Below, in pieces: positions 37,880 through 47,541 of a stretch of DNA of 64,000 bases. This DNA is from Thermodesulfobacteriota bacterium (GTDB lineage Bacteria > Desulfobacterota > Desulfobacteria > Desulfobacterales > C00003060). The notes beneath the pieces are model-generated. The model was not told the origin of the DNA and searched no databases. It saw nothing but the letters and a program-made list of their open reading frames with translations. Both the position numbers and the translations under genes were made by a program. The stretch is taken from NCBI GenBank assembly GCA_034189385.1, contig JAXHVD010000001.1:32001-96000 (forward strand), read 5' to 3'. Positions within the stretch are counted from its first letter, which is position 1, and each line of letters begins with the position of its first letter.

Positions 37880-38074
37880 TTAGTCGTCAGGGCCCTGGTG
37901 TTTTTCGAGGATCTTCTGAATGGCGACGGCGCATTCAGCCTTGTTTTCACCAGGACATTCAATATCCAAGACTTGGTTCTCCAAATCGATCCGCTTCACC
38001 TTGGCTTTCCACTTTTCCGCTTCCTGTCTAACGAGCCTTATGATCGTGTCATCCTGCTTGGCTACAATCGGCAT
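37880..38074 (-). CDS. Small hypothetical protein
   Basis: 64-aa ORF, co-oriented between the CoA-binding gene and cobB, with GAGAG RBS. Confidence 0.6.
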   Translation of the reverse strand: MPIVAKQDDTIIRLVRQEAEKWKAKVKRIDLENQVLDIECPGENKAECAVAIQKILEKHQGPDD

Positions 38075-38125
38075 GGGTTGCTCTCCTCTGCATCATACCC
38101 TGGGTTGTCGGTTCACAGTGAGGTT

Positions 38126-38566
38126 CTACTTTGCCAGGTTTATATGTTCAATCTTCATGCACTTGTTCATGACGACTTGAAGGCCAGCCTCACGGGCCTT
38201 TTCTGCGGCCTGATTGTTGGCGATTCCCAATTGCATCCACACCACCTTGGCACCCATCTCTATGGCATCGTCCACGATGGGAGGGATGGCCTCAGGCCTT
38301 CTGAATATGTCCACAATATCTATAGGGAAGGGTATGGCTTTTAAGTTAGGATAGGACTTTAAGCCCAGAATCTGCTTTTGGCCTGGATTCACAGGAATAA
38401 TCTCGTAGTCCTCCTCTTTGAGGTAGCTCGCCACCTTGTGACTGTCTCTTTCTGGTTTAGGAGAAAGCCCGACGACGGCAATGGTCTTATACTCTTTAAG
38501 GATGGTCTGGACCTCTTCTGACGGGGGGTTGTATTCGGGCAACTCGCACTGTATGGTGGCCATCAT
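38126..38566 (-). CDS. CoA-binding protein (YccU-like)
   Basis: TIAVVGLSPKPERDS, IPVNP, DIVDIFR, VWMQLGI, MNKCMKIEH. Confidence 0.93.
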   Translation of the reverse strand: MMATIQCELPEYNPPSEEVQTILKEYKTIAVVGLSPKPERDSHKVASYLKEEDYEIIPVNPGQKQILGLKSYPNLKAIPFPIDIVDIFRRPEAIPPIVDDAIEMGAKVVWMQLGIANNQAAEKAREAGLQVVMNKCMKIEHINLAK

Positions 38567-38681
38567 CCGCTTCCTTTTCCTTAGTTTTGTTCACCATATT
38601 AGACTAGGTCTTCAGGGTCAAGCTGCAAAGGAGCCTTTGGAAGCTTTCATCGGAGGTTCTGCATTTCAAGGAGCACAGACG

Positions 38682-39458
38682 ATGGGGATTCTCTCGTTCG
38701 TGAGAAAAGTGCGGCAAATACAGAGGCAAAGGCCAACGATACCTAAAGCCTTTGAAAAGAATAGAGTGGTGAAGACCATATTGCATCGCAGAAGCGTCAG
38801 AAAATTCCAGAAGCACGATGTCATGGATGAGGAAATGGCCCTTGTCCTGGAGGCTGGGAGGCTCGCGCCATCGACGGTGAATATGCAGACATGGTCTTTG
38901 GGGGTCTTTACGGAGAAGACCTGGAAGGAGACTTTTGGTCGTTCTATCCCCTATGGGGCCAAGAGAGCTGTCATAGTCCTTGGCGACGTGACCAGGATCA
39001 AAGAGGCCACGGACATTTTTCCGGATACGCCTCTGGTCCAATACACGGTGAGCGCTATTAACGCCTCGCTGGCGGCCATGAACATGACGATGATGGCAGA
39101 AGCCCTTGGCATGGCCAGCGTCATGCTTTCTGACACGGGAAAGACAGGGTTCTTTAGTGCTGCCTACCTGAAAGAGACGTTGCAGCTTCCGCACGGGGTC
39201 TATCCTCTCATGACCGTGGTCTTTGGCTACCCCAGGGGGCAGCATCCTCCCATGCCCCCGAAGTTCAACTTGGAAGATGTTACCTTTGCCGGCACCTATC
39301 AACAAACGGATGGCCAGAAGATCATGGAGTGGTTTTCCCTCATGGAGGCAGGATACAAGGCGAGCAACCCCTTTTCTTCCTTTAAGGCAAAACTCAGGTA
39401 CTACAGGGACCATCTGAGCCGAGCTGAAAAAGAGCTAGAGGACATGATCCTGGGGTGA
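38682..39458 (+). CDS. Nitroreductase family protein
   Basis: RRSVRKF, APSTVNMQTW, AEALGMAS, VFGYP; AGGAG RBS. Confidence 0.9.
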   Translation: MGILSFVRKVRQIQRQRPTIPKAFEKNRVVKTILHRRSVRKFQKHDVMDEEMALVLEAGRLAPSTVNMQTWSLGVFTEKTWKETFGRSIPYGAKRAVIVLGDVTRIKEATDIFPDTPLVQYTVSAINASLAAMNMTMMAEALGMASVMLSDTGKTGFFSAAYLKETLQLPHGVYPLMTVVFGYPRGQHPPMPPKFNLEDVTFAGTYQQTDGQKIMEWFSLMEAGYKASNPFSSFKAKLRYYRDHLSRAEKELEDMILG

Positions 39459-39621
39459 GGGGTTGAGGGCTAAGCATGTTTCCAATGCATAAATGAGGAC
39501 CTTTTCCCATGAGCAAGGTCTCAAAAGGATTTTCGTCGAGGCGTACACATAGGACGTCGCAGGCCGAGGTCCGCGGAAAGACTGCCGATGAAGAAAAGGA
39601 TCGTTGATGGAAGGAAACTGG

Positions 39622-40491
39622 CTAAAGGGCCCGCAAATACTCTGGTTTTAGAGGAATACCGCCAGTCAGGGCCTCTTCTATCAGGCCGATGGTCCTTTCC
39701 TTGTCCCTGGGCAGCCTTGCCCTGATGGGAAGATAGTTGGAGGCGTGATTGGCATGGAACAGTCCTGAGGAAAGATCCGTATGAGCAATCATAGATTGCA
39801 GTTCCCTGAGCATTTCCATAGGGCTGATGAGCTTGAAGCGGCCTTCTTTGAAATCCCGTCCCAAGGGGGTGTTGGGAAGGAGCATCAGGCTTAGGGCACC
39901 TATGTAATCAGGGTCCATATGGGTCAATGCTTGGCCTGTGGCTTCGGCGTGCAACTGAGAACGTTCAGGGCCTGCTAGGCCGAGGAGCACCGTCACGGAC
40001 AACTTGATCCCCGCCTCAATGACTTTTTGACCCATTTCCACCATGGTCTGAACTTTAACGCCCTTTCGAACGTTCAAAAGCGTGGTGTCATCACCGCTTT
40101 CAAGGCCCATGTAGACAATCCCAAGGCCATGGTCTCGGAGGATCTGCAGGTCTTCCAGGGTCTTGGTGCGAATGCTTTTTGCATTTCCATATATCCCCAC
40201 GCGAGTCACCCAAGGTAGAGACTGGCGAACGGCCTGTAACAGACCTAAGAGCCTGGCCTGAGGCAAGATCAGGGCATCGCCGTCGGTGAGGAAGACCCTT
40301 CGCTGTCGCTTGCAGTAACGTGCTGCAAAGGCAATATCTTTGTTGATAACGGACTCTGGCTTGATCCTGAAGCGCACTCCCTTATAGGTTCCGCAGAACG
40401 TGCACTTGTTATGAGAACACCCCACCGTCACCTGAACGATGATGCTGTTTGCCTCACTGGGAGGTCTAATGATGATCCCTTGGTAGTCCAT
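39622..40491 (-). CDS. Radical SAM protein
   Basis: IRPPSEA...GCSHNKCTFC (CxxxCxxC), GLESG, NHASNY. Confidence 0.92.
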   Translation of the reverse strand: MDYQGIIIRPPSEANSIIVQVTVGCSHNKCTFCGTYKGVRFRIKPESVINKDIAFAARYCKRQRRVFLTDGDALILPQARLLGLLQAVRQSLPWVTRVGIYGNAKSIRTKTLEDLQILRDHGLGIVYMGLESGDDTTLLNVRKGVKVQTMVEMGQKVIEAGIKLSVTVLLGLAGPERSQLHAEATGQALTHMDPDYIGALSLMLLPNTPLGRDFKEGRFKLISPMEMLRELQSMIAHTDLSSGLFHANHASNYLPIRARLPRDKERTIGLIEEALTGGIPLKPEYLRAL

Positions 40492-40661
40492 TTAACCCTT
40501 TTTGCCTTGACACTCTCACAGCTTCTTTGTACTCCGGACAGAGCCCATATTCGCCTTCGTCAGGATACCCTGCAGGTGAGGACGGGGAGCTCCAGTATTG
40601 TTTTATTGCCACAGATAATCAAGACTAAAATGGCGGCAGGCATGGTGGGGCAAGGAGATAG

Positions 40662-42059
40662 ATGATGATTGGCAAGGATGTGGCATATAGAATCGAAAAA
40701 GACACCATGGGCGAGGTGCGTGTCCCTCAAGAGGCCTACTATGGTGCCCAAACCCAGCGTGCTGTGGAGAACTTTCCCCTGAGCGGAAAGCGGTTCCCAA
40801 AGGTTTTTGTGCGGGCACTTGGCCTGATCAAGAAACACGCGGCCGTGGTCAACCAAGACCTCGCACTCCTAGATGGGAGACTTGCCGTGCCGATCATAGA
40901 GGCTGCTGATGAAGTGGCTACGGGGAAGTTGGACGAACAGTTTGTGATAGACATTTTTCAAACGGGCTCAGGCACTTCGACCAACATGAACGCCAACGAG
41001 GTCATCGCCACAAGGGCCAATGAGATTCTTACCGGTCACAAAGACACCAGAGGCCCGGTCCATCCTAATGACCACGTGAATATGGGCCAATCGAGCAATG
41101 ACGTTATCCCCAGTGCCATTCACGTGGCCGCTGTGACCTCCATAGGCGACAGTCTTGTGCCGGCACTCAAGACCCTGCATGTGGCACTGGAGAACAAGGC
41201 CACGGCCTTTGACAGTATTGTCAAGATTGGGCGGACCCACCTTCAAGATGCCGTTCCTATCAGGCTTGGTCAGGAGTTTTCTGGCTATGCACGGCAGATC
41301 CAGTTAGGCGTGGAAAGGGTCCAGTGGGTTGCGGGACACCTGGCGGAGTTGGCCCTCGGGGGCACGGCAGTTGGGACAGGCCTAAATACGCCCCTGGGAT
41401 TTGCCTCTCGCGTGATCAAAAGGATTTCTGAGGAAACAGGATACCCCTTCCGGGAGGCCGACAATCATTTTGAGGCCCAAGCGGCCCAGGATAGCGTTGT
41501 TCAAGCCAGTGGTGCTCTCAAAACGGTAGCCGTAAGCCTAATGAAGATTGCAAATGACATCAGATGGCTCTCGTGTGGGCCGCGATGTGGCATTGGGGAA
41601 ATCGACATCCCCCCTCTGCAGCCAGGCTCTTCCATCATGCCCGGAAAGGTGAACCCGGTGATCCCGGAAGCGGTGACACAGGTTGCTGCCCAGGTCATGG
41701 GCAATGATACGGCAATCACCATAGGATGTCAGGCAGGCAATTTTGAGCTCAATGTGATGCTCCCTGTCATGGCATACAACTTGCAAAGTTCCATTTCACT
41801 ACTTAGCGCAGCGGCAAGGATCTTTGCCGAGAAATGTGTAGATGGCATTTCCGCTAATGAAACAAGGTGTAAGGCCTTTATAGAAGAAAGCCTTGCCATG
41901 TGTACAGCCCTTGCACCAGTAATAGGATATGAGCAGGCGGCCGCCATCGCCAAGGAGGCCTATGCAACGGGCAAAAGGGTCAGAGAGGTGGCCATGGGGA
42001 GAAAGGTCATTCCTGAGGAAGAGCTGGAAAAACTCCTCGACCCCGCGAACATGACTTGA
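40662..42059 (+). CDS. fumC: Class II fumarate hydratase
   Basis: RIEKDTMG, QTGSGTSTNMN, GRTHLQDA, GSSIMPGKVNP. Confidence 0.96.
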   Translation: MMIGKDVAYRIEKDTMGEVRVPQEAYYGAQTQRAVENFPLSGKRFPKVFVRALGLIKKHAAVVNQDLALLDGRLAVPIIEAADEVATGKLDEQFVIDIFQTGSGTSTNMNANEVIATRANEILTGHKDTRGPVHPNDHVNMGQSSNDVIPSAIHVAAVTSIGDSLVPALKTLHVALENKATAFDSIVKIGRTHLQDAVPIRLGQEFSGYARQIQLGVERVQWVAGHLAELALGGTAVGTGLNTPLGFASRVIKRISEETGYPFREADNHFEAQAAQDSVVQASGALKTVAVSLMKIANDIRWLSCGPRCGIGEIDIPPLQPGSSIMPGKVNPVIPEAVTQVAAQVMGNDTAITIGCQAGNFELNVMLPVMAYNLQSSISLLSAAARIFAEKCVDGISANETRCKAFIEESLAMCTALAPVIGYEQAAAIAKEAYATGKRVREVAMGRKVIPEEELEKLLDPANMT

Positions 42060-42200
42060 GGGTTCGGCTACTTTGTCAAATGCATGGATATAATAAATGT
42101 TTGGTCCGTTCTGTCGGTCTATACGAGTGTGCGGGAGAGAGCTTAGTGTTGTGAGTGTTATCTTCTAAAGAAGGACGAGTCTCGGAAGGAGGTTGGAGCT

Positions 42201-42509
42201 ATGCACGGGGGGACAAGAACATTGATAGCTCTGGTAAGCATCACAGTCCTGGTGGCAACTTTCGCTGGATATCCGGCCGTGGCCCAGGATGAGATGCCGG
42301 GGGAAAAGGGCTCTGCGGAAGCCATGATTGGCGACCTGGTCGTCGTCAGGCCACTAGGGATTACGGCAACGGCCTTGGGTGCCGTCTTTTTTGTTGCCTC
42401 TATGCCCTTTAGCTTAGCAGGCATGAACACTGAGGAGGCCTTTAAGAAACTTGTGGCCGAACCGGCCGATTTCACCTTTGCCAGGTCTCTCGGGGACGTG
42501 GACTACTAG
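42201..42509 (+). CDS. Small exported/membrane hypothetical protein
   Basis: Signal peptide; MIGDLVVVRPLG...PF...LVAEPADFTFARSLG; GGAG RBS. Confidence 0.75.
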   Translation: MHGGTRTLIALVSITVLVATFAGYPAVAQDEMPGEKGSAEAMIGDLVVVRPLGITATALGAVFFVASMPFSLAGMNTEEAFKKLVAEPADFTFARSLGDVDY

Positions 42510-42961
42510 AGGATTTTTGCGACAGCGGCGGGATCCTTGTATTTGAGGTACGGTCAAGAGGATTGGACTGTGGAAGTCCGTCCATGAAGAGAGCTTTGCA
42601 TAACTCTTTCTTGCGTTCATAGGGGGCTTTCGGGGTACCCATTCCCGACTCCGTCGGGATGAGCGGCCCAAGAGAGTGGGCAAATCGTGAACTGTTTGAG
42701 GCTGCTAGGCCGAGTATGAGCGCTGACGCTTCACTCCGTGTCGCGATTCAGCGAACAAAGCCGAAAATGGATCAAAAAGCTCACAGAACCAAGCAAGAAG
42801 AGGTTGTGCAAGGCTCTAATGAAGAGGTGCCCCAAGAGAGTTTTTCCTTGCTTGCCCTGTCATTCCTGTCCGGACTGCCGGTTCTTCAGAACCTTTCATG
42901 ATGCTCCAGCACGCCGCCGTCACCACAGCCATTCAGCACTTGTCGGCTCGCCACCCTAGCC

Positions 42962-44143
42962 ATGTCTAAACCAGAACCTGCCGAGACATCCTATTCTGCA
43001 TTCCAAACCAGCCAGGTCTTGACCGTGGCTGCAGGGCACTTTGTCCACGACCTCTATAGCAGCTTTCTTGCCCCCTGGCTTCCCCTGCTCATTGAGAAGT
43101 TGAGCCTTTCCCTGACCCTTGCAGGTTCTTTGATTCTATTCATACGTCTGCCTTCACTGTTGAATCCCGTCATTGGTGTGGTGGCCGACCGCATTGAGGT
43201 ACGCTACATGGTCATTGCAGCCCCCGCTGTCACTGCCGTGTGCATGAGCCTCATCGGCTTGGCGCCAGACTACGCCGTAGTGGCTTTGTTGCTTTTTATC
43301 GTCGGGTTGAGCGCTGCGGCCTTCCACGTGCCAGGTCCGGTGATGATTGTGCGTATGTCTGGCGCACAACTGGGCAAAGGGATGAGTTGTTTTATGGCGG
43401 CTGGTGAATTGGCCCGGACCGTTGGCCCACTGGTGGCAGTGGCCGCCGTCTCCTTGTGGGGCTTTGAAGGGAGTTACCCCGTCATGATCTTTGGGTTGGT
43501 GGCTTCGGCCTTTTTATACTGGCGACTCTGTGACGCGAGGGTGCACAGAAAAAGGGTGGTTGGCACCTCTATAGCCAAGACGTGGCAGGCCATGCGACAT
43601 GTGCTGGTGCCCTTGACCTGTCTTGTGGTGGCCCGGGCCTTGATGGTTGCCTCGCTTACAACGTTTCTGCCCACCTTCATGGCGGTTTCGGGGGAAAGCT
43701 TGTGGGTAGGTGGCACTGCTCTGGCCGTCCTTGAGTTTAGTGGTGCCTTTGGAAGTCTGGCCTCAGGCACATTGAGTGACCGTTTGGGCCGGCGTTTTGT
43801 TCTCCTTGCCGCCATGATGGCATCCCCTTGCCTCATGCTGACCTTTCTCGTCGCCCGCACGTGGGCCATCTTTGCCGTGCTGGTGCTCCTGGGATTCACC
43901 GTCTTCGCGGCCGCCCCGGTCATGCTGGCTGTGGTTCAAGAACATGCACAGGGGATGCGAGCCACAGCCAACGGGCTTTACATGGGGATCAACTTCGTGG
44001 TTATATCAGCCATTACGGTATTGGTGGGCTGGATGGGGGACATGATGGGTCTTCGTGCAGCTTTTGCATGGAGCGCTGTGTTGGCCTTGGCCGGGGTGCC
44101 GGTGATTTTTTGGCTTCCCAAACAGACAAGGGAGAAGAGGTAG
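42962..44143 (+). CDS. MFS transporter (Fsr-like)
   Basis: GHFVHDLY, G.VADR, AAFHVP, GTLSDRLGRR; about 12 TMs. Confidence 0.9.
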   Translation: MSKPEPAETSYSAFQTSQVLTVAAGHFVHDLYSSFLAPWLPLLIEKLSLSLTLAGSLILFIRLPSLLNPVIGVVADRIEVRYMVIAAPAVTAVCMSLIGLAPDYAVVALLLFIVGLSAAAFHVPGPVMIVRMSGAQLGKGMSCFMAAGELARTVGPLVAVAAVSLWGFEGSYPVMIFGLVASAFLYWRLCDARVHRKRVVGTSIAKTWQAMRHVLVPLTCLVVARALMVASLTTFLPTFMAVSGESLWVGGTALAVLEFSGAFGSLASGTLSDRLGRRFVLLAAMMASPCLMLTFLVARTWAIFAVLVLLGFTVFAAAPVMLAVVQEHAQGMRATANGLYMGINFVVISAITVLVGWMGDMMGLRAAFAWSAVLALAGVPVIFWLPKQTREKR

Positions 44144-44352
44144 TGTTAGAGCACTGAGGGAAGGGAGCGGGAGGGCAAATTGCTTGACAAAGGCGAGTGA
44201 CTCCCCTAGAGATTACGAGCTGTGGGAAAGGCTGACGCGCCGGTGACGTGTAACAGAGTATCCCAGGTCCTGGGGTGACAAAGGAGAACCGTCCGGTATG
44301 TCAGGTGTTGGTTTGAAAATCTGATGACTCATATCCAGTAAGCGAGTGATCC

Positions 44353-46779
44353 ATGAGAGTAAGTCTGAGCTGGCTCAAAGACTACGTAGCCATTGAAGAG
44401 GATGTAACCAAACTTGCCGATGCCCTCACTATGGCAGGGCTTGAGGTGGATGCCCTGGTTGACCGTTATGCCTATTTAGCATCTGTGGTGGCAGGGCGGA
44501 TTGTTGAAATAGGCCCCCATCCCAATGCCGACGCCCTGTCCGTATTAAAGGTAGATGTGGGCTCCGGCACAAAGACTATTGTGTGTGGGGCGACGAATAT
44601 CAAAGAAGGAGACCTTGTGCCGGTGGCACTGGTTGGATCCGAGCTTCCTCCGGGAGATACCATTGAGGCCGGTCATATTCGGGGCCAGGACTCAGAGGGG
44701 ATGTTGTGCTCCGAGGCAGAGCTTGCTCTTGGAACAGACAGGTCTGGGATTCTGTTACTGCCCGGGTCCACCACTCCTGGTGCCGGGGTGGCCGATGTTC
44801 TCGGTCTTTCAGACACCATTATGGAGTTTGATCTGACCCCCAATCGCTCTGATTGCCTGAGCATCATCGGCATCGCCAGAGAGGTGGCGGCGATTCTTAA
44901 GGTGCCGTTGAAACACCCGGAGGTGAAACTGCCGAGCGGTGATGTGGCCATAGAAGGGCTCACGTCAGTAACCATAGAGGCCCCTGATCACTGTCCGCGA
45001 TATGCGGCAAGGGTGGTCCAGGGGGTCAAGATCGGGCCATCTCCTTTCTGGATTCAGGACCGGCTCCAATCGATTGGCCTTCGGGCCATTAGCAATGTGG
45101 TGGACGCGACCAACTTTGTGATGATGGAAATGGGACAGCCCCTCCATGCCTTTGATTTTGACCGTCTGGCCGAACACCGGATTGTGGTGAGGACCGCCCG
45201 GACAGGCCAGGTCTTTTCCACTTTAGATGGCATGGAACGGACCTTAGCAAGTGATATGCTCATGATCTGTGACGGCAAGGACCCCGTGGCTCTGGCCGGG
45301 ATTATGGGCGGACTGGAATCTGAGATCGAAGATGACACAGTGAACGTGCTCATAGAAAGTGCCTATTTTGACCCCATCTCCGTTCGGCGTACGGCCAAAC
45401 GCCTTGGCCTGACAACGGAATCCTCATACCGCTTTGAGCGTGGCGTCGATCCGGAAGGCATCAGAACAGCCTTGGACCGTGCCGCCCAACTCATAGTGCA
45501 AACGACAGGGGGGCAGCTTGCCGAAGGTGTGATTGACAATTATCCCCGGCCAATCCCTCAAAGGACAATAGAGCTGAGCGTGAAGCGGACCAACCGCCTG
45601 CTGGGGACAGAAATAGACCGCGATGAGATCAGCCGGTATTTGGAATCGGTAGAACTGGACGCGGAACCTGTGGATGAGGATAGACTCAGGGTGGTCTCTC
45701 CCACTTTCCGCGTGGACCTCAAACGCCCTGAGGACCTGATGGAGGAAGTGGCGCGCCTTAAGGGCTATGACCAAATCCCCACAACCCATCCCCTGACGCA
45801 GGTAGTGGCATGTGCCGAGGACAAGAACCTTCGAGTCCGAAGGAGGCTGCGTCAGACTCTTTCGGGCTGCGGGTTTTCGGAGATTGTAACTTACAGCTTC
45901 GTCGATGAAGAGGCCTGTGACAGGCTCCTCATTGACGCTGATGATCCTAGAAGACAGATGCTGCCCATCCTCAATCCTCTCACCGAAGACCAGACTGTCA
46001 TGAGGACCTCTCTGCTGCCCGGCCTCCTAGCTACCATGTATCTAAACAGTACCCAGCGCAACGAGGATTTGAGAATATTCGAGGTCGGTAAGGTTTTTTT
46101 GAGCCCCTCACCTGGAGATAAAGATCTGCTTCCCAAGGAGGTGCAGATGGTATCCGGTCTTTGGACCGGCGCACGGTGTGAGAGAACTTGGCATGCAAAG
46201 GGAGAAGAGGTGGACTTTTACGACATCAAGGGTACGGTGGAGTCTTTGTGCGCAGCCATGCATGTCCAGGCCCTGCATTTTGCTCCCTCAGACGATGGTA
46301 ATTCTCCTCATTTGAGATTGGGCCGCGCCGCGAAAGTTTATGCAGGCAGGGAACCACTCGGTGTCGTTGGTGAATTGAAGCGGCAAGTTCTGGAGCATTT
46401 TGACTTAAAACAGACAGCCTATTGTTTTGATCTCAATTTTGACATGCTGGTCCATTGTGCCACAGAGGAAAAGCGTGCCAGGCCTCTTTCCAGGTTTCCT
46501 TCTACTACAAGGGACCTTGCCCTCATTGTAGATGATGGAGTGGAGGCCCAGAGGGTGCTCGATTTTGTGGATGCCCTGGGTGAAAATCTGATAGGTGGGG
46601 GAGAGGTATTTGATGTCTACAAGGGGAGAAGAATCCCTCAAGGAAAGAAGAGCGTGGCCTTTCGGTTCACCTATCGTTCTTTTGAAAGAAGTCTTACTGA
46701 CACCGAGGTGAACAGGATTCACGAAAACATTGCTCGCCAGGTGTTGAAAGAGTTCCGCGCCGAACTACCGTCATCGTGA
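44353..46779 (+). CDS. pheT: Phenylalanine--tRNA ligase beta subunit
   Basis: MRVSLSWL, HPNAD, LTPNRSDC, GQPLHAFD, RFERGVD, DLMEEVAR, NPL...MRTSLLPG, RDLA. Confidence 0.98.
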   Translation: MRVSLSWLKDYVAIEEDVTKLADALTMAGLEVDALVDRYAYLASVVAGRIVEIGPHPNADALSVLKVDVGSGTKTIVCGATNIKEGDLVPVALVGSELPPGDTIEAGHIRGQDSEGMLCSEAELALGTDRSGILLLPGSTTPGAGVADVLGLSDTIMEFDLTPNRSDCLSIIGIAREVAAILKVPLKHPEVKLPSGDVAIEGLTSVTIEAPDHCPRYAARVVQGVKIGPSPFWIQDRLQSIGLRAISNVVDATNFVMMEMGQPLHAFDFDRLAEHRIVVRTARTGQVFSTLDGMERTLASDMLMICDGKDPVALAGIMGGLESEIEDDTVNVLIESAYFDPISVRRTAKRLGLTTESSYRFERGVDPEGIRTALDRAAQLIVQTTGGQLAEGVIDNYPRPIPQRTIELSVKRTNRLLGTEIDRDEISRYLESVELDAEPVDEDRLRVVSPTFRVDLKRPEDLMEEVARLKGYDQIPTTHPLTQVVACAEDKNLRVRRRLRQTLSGCGFSEIVTYSFVDEEACDRLLIDADDPRRQMLPILNPLTEDQTVMRTSLLPGLLATMYLNSTQRNEDLRIFEVGKVFLSPSPGDKDLLPKEVQMVSGLWTGARCERTWHAKGEEVDFYDIKGTVESLCAAMHVQALHFAPSDDGNSPHLRLGRAAKVYAGREPLGVVGELKRQVLEHFDLKQTAYCFDLNFDMLVHCATEEKRARPLSRFPSTTRDLALIVDDGVEAQRVLDFVDALGENLIGGGEVFDVYKGRRIPQGKKSVAFRFTYRSFERSLTDTEVNRIHENIARQVLKEFRAELPSS

Positions 46780-46892
46780 CAGTGGGAAGAGGGTCCCGGT
46801 TTCAGGGTGTGTTTTACACAGGGCTGAACTTATAGGAAGGACGCAACCAATCATTCGCCAAAGGGGCAGTGCAACCGGCAGATGGCTATGCA

Positions 46893-47213
46893 ATGAACAA
46901 GAAAACCATCGTTGAGGCCATTCATCAGAGAATAGGCTTTTCCAAAAGGGAAACAGCGACCTTGGTTGACGCTGCCTTTGAGCTCATCAAGACGGCCTTG
47001 GCCAAAGGCGAACCGGTCATGATTTCGGGCTTTGGCAAGCTTTCAGTGCGTGAAAGAAAGGCCAAAAAGGGGAGGAATCCGCAGACGGGTGACACCATGA
47101 TGATCCCTGCGCGGAAGGTTGTGACTTTCAAGGTCAGCCGGGTGCTGAAGGAGGGAGTCAATGAGGCCCAGAGACGCCGAGATGCCGGAAAAGCGGTATT
47201 TCAGGATCGGTGA
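46893..47213 (+). CDS. ihfA: Integration host factor subunit alpha
   Basis: ISGFGK...GRNPQTG...ARKVVTFK; located directly after pheT. Confidence 0.88.
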   Translation: MNKKTIVEAIHQRIGFSKRETATLVDAAFELIKTALAKGEPVMISGFGKLSVRERKAKKGRNPQTGDTMMIPARKVVTFKVSRVLKEGVNEAQRRRDAGKAVFQDR

Positions 47214-47511
47214 GGTAAGTGCCATTACGGGCATTCAGCCTTACGTCCTGCGGTACTGGCAGACGGAGTTTGCAAAGATTAGTCCTACCAGGTCTCGTTC
47301 CGGCCAGCGCCTTTACAGGAGACGGGACATAGAGACCATTCTGGAAATCAAACACCTGCTTTACAAAAAGAGATTTACGATTGCCGGGGCCAAGCAGCAC
47401 CTCAAGGGCAGCCAACAAGTGGCCTCTGTTACCCACAGCGATAGCCAACCTCTCACACTTCAAGAGCTCAGAGAAGAGCTGACAGCCATAAGTGACCTGC
47501 TGAGCCGGTGA
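47161..47511 (+). CDS. MerR-family transcriptional regulator
   Basis: YFRIGEVS...YVLRYW..EF...GQRLY; conserved position after ihfA. Confidence 0.92.
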   Translation: MRPRDAEMPEKRYFRIGEVSAITGIQPYVLRYWQTEFAKISPTRSRSGQRLYRRRDIETILEIKHLLYKKRFTIAGAKQHLKGSQQVASVTHSDSQPLTLQELREELTAISDLLSR

Positions 47512-47541
47512 AGGCATAAAGCTCAATGCCAAAGAGCCATG

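Noticed and set aside
39530..39615. Mobile element or MITE (similar degenerate intergenic stretches near 58430-58565 and 61719-61790)
   Set aside because: They are only reminiscent of dispersed intergenic repeats; there is no second matching copy, terminal repeat pair or transposase in the window.
42717..42719. Third selenocysteine codon upstream of the Cys-rich ORF
   Set aside because: No redox-motif context, no convincing SECIS and no recognisable homology across the TGA.
47161..47213. ihfA/merR overlap as a recoding signal
   Set aside because: Explained by a short C-terminal run-on of ihfA or a later merR start (47182); no slippery site is evident.
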